A DNA stretch of 64,000 nt from Clostridia bacterium (GTDB taxonomy: Bacteria > Bacillota > Clostridia > Oscillospirales > CAG-382). Where the stretch lies: positions 86 through 64,085 of the forward strand of contig JAFYPA010000075.1 in assembly GCA_017560085.1 (NCBI GenBank), in the 5' to 3' direction. This document shows, in pieces, positions 55,735 to 63,389 of this stretch. The stretch's first letter is position 1; every line of letters begins with the position of its first letter. The notes under the pieces are model-generated. The model was not told the origin of the DNA. It ran no database searches and saw only the letters and a list, made by a program, of their open reading frames with translations. A program made the translations under genes and the position numbers.

Positions 55735-58359
55735 ATGGACAACACAGTATACTGCGTCTTAAGCCACACCCACTGGGACAGAGAATGGTACCGGCCCTTC
55801 GAGCAGTTCCGAATGAGGCTTTGCGATCTTATAAATAACCTTTTTGCAATATTGGAGCAGTACCCCGATTACATATTTCACCTCGATGCACAGACCGTTG
55901 TCCTTGAGGATTATCTTGAGGTCTATCCCGAAAACGAGGAAAAGCTTAAGGGATATATAAAGTCGGGCAATATCATCGTAGGTCCGTGGTATGTGCAGAA
56001 CGACTTTTATCTTTCAAGCGGTGAGGCTACCGTGAGAAATCTTCTTATCGGAATGAAAACAGCGGAGAAATTCGGCAAGTGCGCTACGGTTGGATATACT
56101 CCCGATCAGTTCGGACTCTGCAGTCAGCTTCCGCAGATTTTCGGGGGCTTTGGTATTAAGTACCACCTTTTCGGCAGAGGATATTCCCTGTTTGAAAAGA
56201 CGGAAAAGGGAGCGGTTGGTGCAAAGAAAAATATAAATTTCATATGGCAATCCCCCGACGGAAGCAGTGTGGTTTCTACGCTTATGCCGTTCTGGTACAA
56301 CAATGCACAGCGTCTTTCTCCCGATATTGACAAAACCCTATGGCGACTCGGCAACATGAAAAAGCTTTTCTCCGAGCGTACTGAATCGCCCTTTCTCATT
56401 CTTATGAACGGCGTTGACCATCTTGAAGCGCAGGACGATTTGCTGCCGATTATTGACGAGCTGAATAAACGCCTGCAGGGTGAAAAAATCCGTCAGTTCG
56501 TTATGGAGGATGCACTTAAGGCTAACGAGCCGTACGCCGCGGAAACGGTAACGGGTGAGCTTCGATACGGCAGAGAAGGTGAAATTCTTTCGGGAACGCT
56601 TTCCACAAGAACGGATATCAAAAAGCTGAACTTCGATGCCCAGAATCTTCTTGAACATAAAGTAGAGCCTCTTTATGCGATGATAAGCCTTATGGGCGCA
56701 GATATATATCCGTCAAATATGATTGACCTTATGTGGAAAAAGCTTATTCCCAACCACGCCCACGACAGCATATGCTGTTGCTCAAATTCCAATGTAATGA
56801 AGCATATGCAGGACAGATACCTCTCAATAAATGAGATAGGCAAGGAGCTTCTGCTTCGTGGCGGTCGCTTTATAAACAATCACATTAAAAGAGATACACA
56901 CGGCGACGGAGTATATTATCTCACCGCCATCAACACAAGTCAGATGCCGTATACCGGCGTTATGGAATGCGAGCTTGACATCAATATAAGTGATGCCGAC
57001 AAGGACTTCAGAATTTTCTCTCCCGACGGCAAAGAGGCAGAGTTCGTTATTCTCAACAAGGAAAAAGCGGTATTCTCAACCTTCAGCCCGCTGAATCTCC
57101 CCGGAAGCGTTGATGTTGTAAACTATAAAATTCAGCTGTTTGTAAAGGATATCCCCGCATTCGGATATGTGAACTATACCGTAAAAACAGGCTTTGACTA
57201 TACCGCAAGGAATTCCGATAAGGTGCTTGAAAACGACTGCATCAGGGTTGACTTTGACGGAGAAACGGTAAATCTTCTTGATAAATCAAACGACAGATAC
57301 TACAGAAATATTTTAAGCTTTGAGGATATAGGCGACAACGGTGATGCATACGTTTTCGAGCCGTTCAAGGATGATAAGCCCGTAAAAGCGGTGCTTGAAA
57401 ATGTTGAAATTCTGTATTGCAATCCTCTTAAGAGTGCGGTACGCCTTTCATACAGAATGGATGTCCCCGAGAGCAAAAGCGAAGAAGCAAGAGCGGGCAA
57501 AACGGTAACAAACAGACTTGAAGCCGTGCTGTCGCTGGGCAAGGACGAAAGAGCTTTGTCGGTTGATATAAAGCTTGAAAACAACAGCACATACCACCTT
57601 ACAAGGGCTGTGATAAACACCGAGGTGGACAACACGGCCACCTATGCTTCCTCCGTGTACGATGTAATAAAACGCGACTCAAGGGATGTTGACCTTGATA
57701 TAAGAACCTGCTACAGCCAGCCCAACAGCGGATTTGTATACAAGAAGTGCGACAGCCACGGCGTTGCGGTATTCACCAAGGGACTTTACGAATACGAAAA
57801 CAGAAGCAACAAGCTTATAGGACTTTCACTTCTGCGCTCAACGGATATGATTCTTGCGGGCGTTATCGATCCCAAGGCGTGGGGCGTAAAGGATAATCTT
57901 ATGACGGGAACATACAATCTGTCCTTCGCAATATTGCCCTTTGACGGCAACGCCGGACAGATTCCCGCAATGGAGCAGAGCATAAACAGTCAGCCGTTAT
58001 ATCATTTCGACAGCACGGACATCTATATGTTCGCAGGCGGAAGACCTGTCGTACAGGACAGTGACGTCGGCGAGCTGTATTTCCCCAAGGACAAATACGA
58101 ATCCCTTGAGCTTGAGCACAGTGCAGGTCTTATTTCCGTGAATGACGGAGTTTGCGTAACAGCTCTCAAAAAGGCGGTAAAGACGGATGATATTATTTTA
58201 AGAATGTATAATCCTTCGGATAGTAGTGTGGATAATGTTGTTTCCTTTGACGGCGGAAGAATTTCAAAGACGAATCTTGCGGAGGCTGAGGAGGCGGAGT
58301 TTGATAATTGTATCGGGAAGAAGGAAATTGAGACTTTGAAAATCACATCTGCCGATTGA
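55735..58359 (+). CDS. GH38 alpha-mannosidase (cytoplasmic type)
   Basis: 874 aa: LSHTHWDREWY, GPWYVQND, HAHDSICCCS. No signal peptide. Confidence 0.88.
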   Translation: MDNTVYCVLSHTHWDREWYRPFEQFRMRLCDLINNLFAILEQYPDYIFHLDAQTVVLEDYLEVYPENEEKLKGYIKSGNIIVGPWYVQNDFYLSSGEATVRNLLIGMKTAEKFGKCATVGYTPDQFGLCSQLPQIFGGFGIKYHLFGRGYSLFEKTEKGAVGAKKNINFIWQSPDGSSVVSTLMPFWYNNAQRLSPDIDKTLWRLGNMKKLFSERTESPFLILMNGVDHLEAQDDLLPIIDELNKRLQGEKIRQFVMEDALKANEPYAAETVTGELRYGREGEILSGTLSTRTDIKKLNFDAQNLLEHKVEPLYAMISLMGADIYPSNMIDLMWKKLIPNHAHDSICCCSNSNVMKHMQDRYLSINEIGKELLLRGGRFINNHIKRDTHGDGVYYLTAINTSQMPYTGVMECELDINISDADKDFRIFSPDGKEAEFVILNKEKAVFSTFSPLNLPGSVDVVNYKIQLFVKDIPAFGYVNYTVKTGFDYTARNSDKVLENDCIRVDFDGETVNLLDKSNDRYYRNILSFEDIGDNGDAYVFEPFKDDKPVKAVLENVEILYCNPLKSAVRLSYRMDVPESKSEEARAGKTVTNRLEAVLSLGKDERALSVDIKLENNSTYHLTRAVINTEVDNTATYASSVYDVIKRDSRDVDLDIRTCYSQPNSGFVYKKCDSHGVAVFTKGLYEYENRSNKLIGLSLLRSTDMILAGVIDPKAWGVKDNLMTGTYNLSFAILPFDGNAGQIPAMEQSINSQPLYHFDSTDIYMFAGGRPVVQDSDVGELYFPKDKYESLELEHSAGLISVNDGVCVTALKKAVKTDDIILRMYNPSDSSVDNVVSFDGGRISKTNLAEAEEAEFDNCIGKKEIETLKITSAD

Positions 58360-58445
58360 AAGGAAATATGCTATGAATAATCCGGAGCTGTGATTTTATT
58401 AAATAATCAAAAAAACAAAAATAAATTTCAAAGGAGAAATCAAAA

Positions 58446-59327
58446 ATGTCAAAAGAACTATCAAAGAAAGCCCTTGAGCTCATAAAGAAAATGCAGCAGG
58501 GCGAGCTTACGGAAAGCGTAATTTACGAACAGATTGCAAAATTCGCAAAGGGCGAAGAAAACAAGAAAACCTTGCGCCGTCTTGCCGAAGAGGAAAAGGC
58601 ACACTATGAAATCTGGAAAAGCTACACGGGCATCGAAATGAAGCCGCAGAAGGCGAAGGTGCTCAAGTATAAGCTCCTCGCAAGAATTTTCGGCTTCACA
58701 TTTGCCCTGAAGCTTATGGAAAACGGCGAGGAAAACGCACAGGACAAGTACGCAACACTCTTTGAAGAGGTTGAAGAAAGTAAGCACATCAAGGAGCAGG
58801 AGGAGGAGCACGAAAAGGCTCTTCTCGAAATGCTCGATGAGGAAAGACTTCAGTACGTTGGCAGTATGGTGCTTGGTATGAACGACGCTCTTGTAGAGCT
58901 TACGGGCTCTCTTGCGGGCTTTACCTTTGCAATGGCAAACACAAGACTTATCGCACTTTCGGGACTTATTATGGGTATTTCCGCAACTTTCTCAATGGCT
59001 TCCAGCGAATTCCTTGCGGCAAAGAGCGAGGGCAGAAAGGATGCCTTCAAGTCCTGCTCGTATACGGGCGTGGCGTACCTTATCACGGTTGCACTTCTGA
59101 TTCTGCCGTATCTCCTGCTTGAAAACTCGCAGTATATGATTGCACTTTTCGCTATGCTTGCGATTGTTATTCTGATTATTGCGGGATTCTCCTACTACAT
59201 ATCCGTTGCCAAGGGTGAAAGGTTCAAGCCCAAATTCCTTGAGATGACGGCAATAAGCGTAGGCGTTGCTGTGCTTTCCTTCTTTGTTGGTATTCTTGCG
59301 AAGAAGTTCCTTGGGGTTGACCTTTAA
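58446..59327 (+). CDS. ferritin-like/rubrerythrin domain fused to a VIT1/CCC1 iron-manganese transporter domain
   Basis: N-terminal ELTESVIYEQIA...EEEKAHYEIW four-helix-bundle motifs. C-terminal GMNDALVELTG...SMASSEFLA and hydrophobic helices. Confidence 0.8.
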   Translation: MSKELSKKALELIKKMQQGELTESVIYEQIAKFAKGEENKKTLRRLAEEEKAHYEIWKSYTGIEMKPQKAKVLKYKLLARIFGFTFALKLMENGEENAQDKYATLFEEVEESKHIKEQEEEHEKALLEMLDEERLQYVGSMVLGMNDALVELTGSLAGFTFAMANTRLIALSGLIMGISATFSMASSEFLAAKSEGRKDAFKSCSYTGVAYLITVALLILPYLLLENSQYMIALFAMLAIVILIIAGFSYYISVAKGERFKPKFLEMTAISVGVAVLSFFVGILAKKFLGVDL

Positions 59328-59377
59328 TAAAATAGCTTCGGAAATAAAAAATATTAAATTGTAACGGAGGAAGCAAT

Positions 59378-60124
59378 ATGCCCGCAAAGCAGCTCGCCCA
59401 AATGATAAAGGAATCAGACAACATAGTTTTCTTCGGCGGAGCGGGAGTTTCGACGGAGAGCGGTGTCAAGGATTACCGCAGTAAGGACGGAATCTACAAC
59501 ACCGAAAAGGATTTCGGAGTACCGCCCGAGAGGATTCTCAGCAGAAGCTTCTTTGCCGAAAATCCCGAGGTCTTTTACGATTTTTACAGAAAATACTTTA
59601 TGTCCGACGTAAAGCCCAATTCCGCACACAAGGCTCTTGCAAAGCTTGAGGAGATGGGAAAGCTCAGGGCTGTAATCACGCAGAACGTTGACAACCTCCA
59701 CTTTGCGGCAGGCAGTAAAAACGTTATCGAGCTTCACGGAAACACAAGGGAGTTCTACTGTAATTCCTGCAAGGCTGATATGCCCTACGCTGACGCCATG
59801 AATGCAATCACAAACGGCGGTGTGCCGAGATGCGTTCACTGTGCGGGAGCGGTAAGACCGAGAGTTGTTATGTACGAGGAAAAGCTCCACGAAGGAGTCC
59901 CCGAGCTTGCAATGGGGTACATCGCAAATGCGGATATGCTGATTGTCGGCGGAGCATCGCTTCTTGTGAATCCCGCGGCATCCTTTATAAGATTCTTCGG
60001 CGGGAAGCATTTCGTTATCATAAACAAGCAGGAAACGCCTTACGATTACAGAGCGGAGCTGATTGTCAGGGAGAATATCGGGGAGCTTCTGGAGAGGACG
60101 ATGGGGGAATACGGAAGGCTTTGA
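59378..60124 (+). CDS. cobB: NAD-dependent protein deacylase (Sir2/CobB family)
   Basis: FFGGAGVSTESGVKDYRS, TQNVDNLH, zinc ribbon CNSC...CVHC, and GASLLVNPAA. Confidence 0.9.
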   Translation: MPAKQLAQMIKESDNIVFFGGAGVSTESGVKDYRSKDGIYNTEKDFGVPPERILSRSFFAENPEVFYDFYRKYFMSDVKPNSAHKALAKLEEMGKLRAVITQNVDNLHFAAGSKNVIELHGNTREFYCNSCKADMPYADAMNAITNGGVPRCVHCAGAVRPRVVMYEEKLHEGVPELAMGYIANADMLIVGGASLLVNPAASFIRFFGGKHFVIINKQETPYDYRAELIVRENIGELLERTMGEYGRL

Positions 60125-60160
60125 GAAGTTGCTCCGATGTTTGAAGATTGAACGAAAAAT

Positions 60161-60192
60161 GCACAGAGGGTAGGTACTCTGTGCATCGTTTT
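60161..60192 (+). terminator. intrinsic terminator after cobB
   Basis: Stem GCACAGAG / CTCTGTGC with an 8-nt loop, then ATCGTTTTTT. The 8-bp stem is the same as in the terminator at 18994. Confidence 0.6.
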
Positions 60193-60262
60193 TTATGTGT
60201 TGGGGGTATCCGAACAGCACCGGGATTTTTGCAGCAAATCCCAAATAAATTCCAAATCCCTC

Positions 60263-60291
60263 TTGCAATTTCCGAAAAAACGAGTTAGAAT
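60263..60291 (+). promoter_or_regulatory. outward-facing sigmaA-like promoter at the element's right end
   Basis: TTGCAA, a 17-nt spacer, then TAGAAT, about 50 nt before the attR core and pointing into the spoIVA 3' segment and GH32 gene. Confidence 0.4.
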
Positions 60292-60341
60292 ATAACCAAG
60301 TAAAAACCCACCTCTCCAAGCACTTCTGTTTGCTGCAAGCC

Positions 60342-60351
60342 ATACATATGA
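60342..60351 (+). other. attR core ATACATATGA
   Basis: Identical to 18933-18942. It is preceded by CACTTCTGTTTGCTGCAAGCC, the inverted copy of the left end. Confidence 0.85.
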
Positions 60352-60623
60352 TCCGTGCCGACATCCAGACCGAAGTAAGTCCGATAGTCGGCAGTGAGCG
60401 ACAGTCGGAGGACGTCGTAAAATTCTTGCTTGACGAATTTGAGGAAAAGCCCGAAAAGATATGGGAGTCCAATATGTTCGGAAAGTCCCTTTATGAGCTT
60501 GTAAACGAGGGCATAAATGCCAAGCTTGCCCATATGCCTTATGATTCAAGGCTGAAAATTGCCGATACTCTTCGCAGAATTATCAACGACGGAAGCAACG
60601 GACTTATCTGCATAATTCTGTAA
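60351..60623 (+). CDS. spoIVA: spoIVA 3' segment (codons 403-492 plus stop); no start codon or RBS of its own
   Basis: IRADIQTEVSPIVGSERQSEDVVKFLLDEFEEKPEKIWESNMFGKSLYELVNEGINAKLAHMPYDSRLKIADTLRRIINDGSNGLICIIL is the conserved SpoIVA C-terminus. It is in frame with 17736-18941 across the shared core. Confidence 0.9.
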   Translation: MRADIQTEVSPIVGSERQSEDVVKFLLDEFEEKPEKIWESNMFGKSLYELVNEGINAKLAHMPYDSRLKIADTLRRIINDGSNGLICIIL

Positions 60624-60643
60624 TATATACGGAGGACGTTAAA

Positions 60644-62248
60644 ATGACATTGACAGTAAAAGCAAAGTATCTTATATTTCCCGTAAACACCCGTATGCCG
60701 CACAAAAGATTGCGTTTTTTTGACGGTGACAAAATCGTTTACGCCCTGAATATAAGGCTGGATAACATAAATCCCGATTTCTATGCACATATAGAAATGA
60801 CACCCTTTATCGGCAAGAAGCTTCGTCTTGATGTCCTTCCCGAAATGGAGATTACCTTCCGTGAATCGGATACAATGGATATTCCGAATCTATACCACGA
60901 AAAGCTTCGCCCCAAGGTGCATTTTTCCGCAAAGCAGGGCTGGATAAACGACCCCAACGGGCTTTTTTACTATGATGGCGTTTACCACATTTTTTATCAG
61001 TTCAACCCCGCAGAGCCGGATTGGGAGAATATGCATTGGGGTCACGCCGTAAGCACGGATTTGCTTTGTTGGGAGCAGCTTGATACAGCTCTTTATCCCG
61101 ACAATATGGGAGAAATGTTCTCGGGCTGTGCCTTTGTGGATAAGAAAAACACGCTCGGACTTTCAAAAGACGGCAACGATGCGATTCTGCTGTATTATAC
61201 CGCCTTCGGATGGGGAAGCGTTGACTGGGAGCATTCCCTTCGCAATACACAATGTCTTGCTATATCTACGGATGGCGGTAAAACATATGAAAAATATGAC
61301 GGCAACCCGATAGTACCGACCTTTGCTCCGCAGGCTCGTGACCCAAAGGTCATACACTGTGACGAGCTTGACTGTTATATTATGGCTCTCTATACGGAGG
61401 CGCACGAAAAGGGGGACTACTCGCTTCTGCGCTCGGATGACCTTATTCATTGGGAGCGATTTTACGACTACCACATAGAGGGCGAATGGGAATTTCCCGA
61501 CATTATGGTTTTTAAGGGTAAGGACGGCAGAAATAAGTACGTTCTCACATCCAACACCGACTGCTATATCGTGCTTGAGGTGAGGGACGGCAATTTCGTA
61601 AGAGTGCAGAATCCGAGAAAATGCTTCCATTGCTCGTGGAATCATTCACCGCTTTCCTTTGACAATATTCCCGACGGCAGATGCATAAGAATGATATGGG
61701 AAAAGTTCAATTCTCCGCTTGTAAGGGAGGGCTTCAACGGTCAGCTTACATCGCTTGAATATGAATTCGAGGAGATTGACGGTGTTTATTATCTTTCCGC
61801 AAAGCCCGTGAGAGAAACGGAGGGACTTGTTTGCGGAAGAATTTCCGAAAATGCCGTGACGGTCGGAAGGACTCCCTGTGTTTATCCGCTTGAGAATAAG
61901 CCTTACCTCTTGAAATTCAAGGGCGGAAGGAGTGAGGATGCTGTTGTAAATCTCACCTTCTTCGGTCTTGAGCTTTGCATTGACTTTGCGAAAAATCTCA
62001 TTACCTTCTGCGGTGAAAAGGATAAATACTGTCCGATAAACGCCGTGGGAGAGGGACTTGATTTGCAGATTCTTGTGGACTCCTGCGGATTTGAGGTTTT
62101 CTCGGACGGAGGAAAATCCTGCTTCTACTGTATAACGGGCAGGGCATTCCCCGATTACAATCTGCCCACACTCGGAATAAGCTCGGATGGGGAATATAAA
62201 TTTGACAGCATCGAGATAAATGCACTGAGCTCGATATGGGAAAAATGA
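60644..62248 (+). CDS. GH32 beta-fructofuranosidase family protein
   Basis: 534 aa: WINDPNGLFYYDGVYHIFYQFNP, WGHAVSTDL, ARDPKV. No signal peptide. Confidence 0.85.
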   Translation: MTLTVKAKYLIFPVNTRMPHKRLRFFDGDKIVYALNIRLDNINPDFYAHIEMTPFIGKKLRLDVLPEMEITFRESDTMDIPNLYHEKLRPKVHFSAKQGWINDPNGLFYYDGVYHIFYQFNPAEPDWENMHWGHAVSTDLLCWEQLDTALYPDNMGEMFSGCAFVDKKNTLGLSKDGNDAILLYYTAFGWGSVDWEHSLRNTQCLAISTDGGKTYEKYDGNPIVPTFAPQARDPKVIHCDELDCYIMALYTEAHEKGDYSLLRSDDLIHWERFYDYHIEGEWEFPDIMVFKGKDGRNKYVLTSNTDCYIVLEVRDGNFVRVQNPRKCFHCSWNHSPLSFDNIPDGRCIRMIWEKFNSPLVREGFNGQLTSLEYEFEEIDGVYYLSAKPVRETEGLVCGRISENAVTVGRTPCVYPLENKPYLLKFKGGRSEDAVVNLTFFGLELCIDFAKNLITFCGEKDKYCPINAVGEGLDLQILVDSCGFEVFSDGGKSCFYCITGRAFPDYNLPTLGISSDGEYKFDSIEINALSSIWEK

Positions 62249-62347
62249 ATCTTTTCTTTGCAAAAGTGCATTACCGTGAATATTGCTGTTGACATAAGCA
62301 CTTCCGTGTGATATTATGATGTTAAAATCAGAAAAGGCGGTTTTGAT

Positions 62348-63220
62348 ATGAGGGAATTTATGAAAAAAATCTCACTTACCGATAAGGCTTGTGAGCTTGT
62401 TTGCGAAATATACGAAAAGATAAAGGCGGATGCGGAGGTTGAAAAGCATTTTGAAGCCATAATTGCGGAATACCTTGAAAAGGGCAAGGAATGCGATTTT
62501 GAAAAACAGCTTCTCGCACTTTCCGAGAAAATCGGATATCATCATTTCTCGCTCCACCTTGCGTTCCTTGTTGTGTGTGCTATAAGAGTAAAGCCCGTTT
62601 ACGACAAAAAGGGCATAAGCGACGAAATCTACATTGACACAATGACGGACATTTCCTACAAGGTAGCGGAATGCGAAAAGATTTACGGTGTTACGGGCGT
62701 TGATGTATTTGCGTGGTATCATGTTCTTATGAACGCCAATACGGTAAAGCTCGGACGACTTGAATATTCCGAAAGCGAGCTTATATATGACAGCTACAAA
62801 GACTTTGCAAAGAAGGGCGACAGAGTATACAACATTCACATTCCGTCCTGCGGTCCTCTCACCCGTGAGCTTGTTATGGATTCGCTGAAGCGTCTTTACG
62901 ACTATGCGGGCGGAGGAAAGTATGTTATCGCACATTGCGGCTCGTGGCTTATTTATCCTCCTTACTACCGTGAGGTTTTTATTGAGGGCTCCAATATGTG
63001 TATGTTCTATGAGCTTTTCGATATGATAGACGAGCCTGCGCAAGGAAAGACCGCCATTTACAGATGGGTTTACAGTATTCCGGGTGATGCTCCCGATTCG
63101 AGAATCCCTGCCGAAACAAGGCTTCAGAGAAACTTCAAGAGGTATTTCGAGGAGGGCAAGCCTTCGGGAATCGGACGAGGCATTATTGTGTTTGACGGAG
63201 AGAAGATAATCAATAAGTAA
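62348..63220 (+). CDS. hypothetical protein, paralogue 1 of a tandem pair
   Basis: 290 aa. Shares MKKIS..., RxKPxYDxxGISxEIYxDTMxDxSYKVxEC, LGRLEY, HIPSxGPLT and DSLKRxY blocks with 63390-64000. I could not verify a family name; possibly the DUF5596/GNAT-like group. Confidence 0.65.
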   Translation: MREFMKKISLTDKACELVCEIYEKIKADAEVEKHFEAIIAEYLEKGKECDFEKQLLALSEKIGYHHFSLHLAFLVVCAIRVKPVYDKKGISDEIYIDTMTDISYKVAECEKIYGVTGVDVFAWYHVLMNANTVKLGRLEYSESELIYDSYKDFAKKGDRVYNIHIPSCGPLTRELVMDSLKRLYDYAGGGKYVIAHCGSWLIYPPYYREVFIEGSNMCMFYELFDMIDEPAQGKTAIYRWVYSIPGDAPDSRIPAETRLQRNFKRYFEEGKPSGIGRGIIVFDGEKIINK

Positions 63221-63259
63221 ATGTTTTCGGCACGCTGTGATGGTGTGCCGTTTTTTTGT

Positions 63260-63287
63260 AATGCACAATGCACAATTCACAATGCAC
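63260..63287. repeat. heptamer array AATGCAC x4 (one unit AATTCAC), reverse complement of the GTGCATT type
   Basis: Read directly. Confidence 0.95.
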
Positions 63288-63389
63288 AATTGAGGTTGAA
63301 AAACTGCGTTTTTCTGCGGTTGGGGGTTGACAAGGGCGTGTATGGGTGTTATTATGGTAATATCATAACCTTAACGAAAGGTAAAAAGC

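Larger units (their letters stand above)
18943..60351. mobile_element. 41,409-bp spoIVA-intervening element with a large serine recombinase and metabolic/defence cargo
   Basis: It is bounded by 10-bp direct repeats and has 14-bp perfect terminal inverted repeats (CACTTCTGTTTGCT). Removing it restores an in-frame 492-codon spoIVA. It encodes a serine recombinase. Confidence 0.85.

Noticed and set aside
60330-60350. Independent translation start for the spoIVA 3' fragment (track ORF MLQAIHM...)
   Set aside because: The track start at 60330 is a TTG inside the element's terminal inverted repeat and has no RBS. The first 7 codons are element sequence, not SpoIVA.
18943-60351. Interpreting the element as a prophage or conjugative element
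   Set aside because: By eye I found no capsid, portal, terminase, tail, holin, relaxase, coupling-protein or replication-initiator signatures. The only mobility gene recognised is the serine recombinase. Remote homology among the hypothetical ORFs was not tested.
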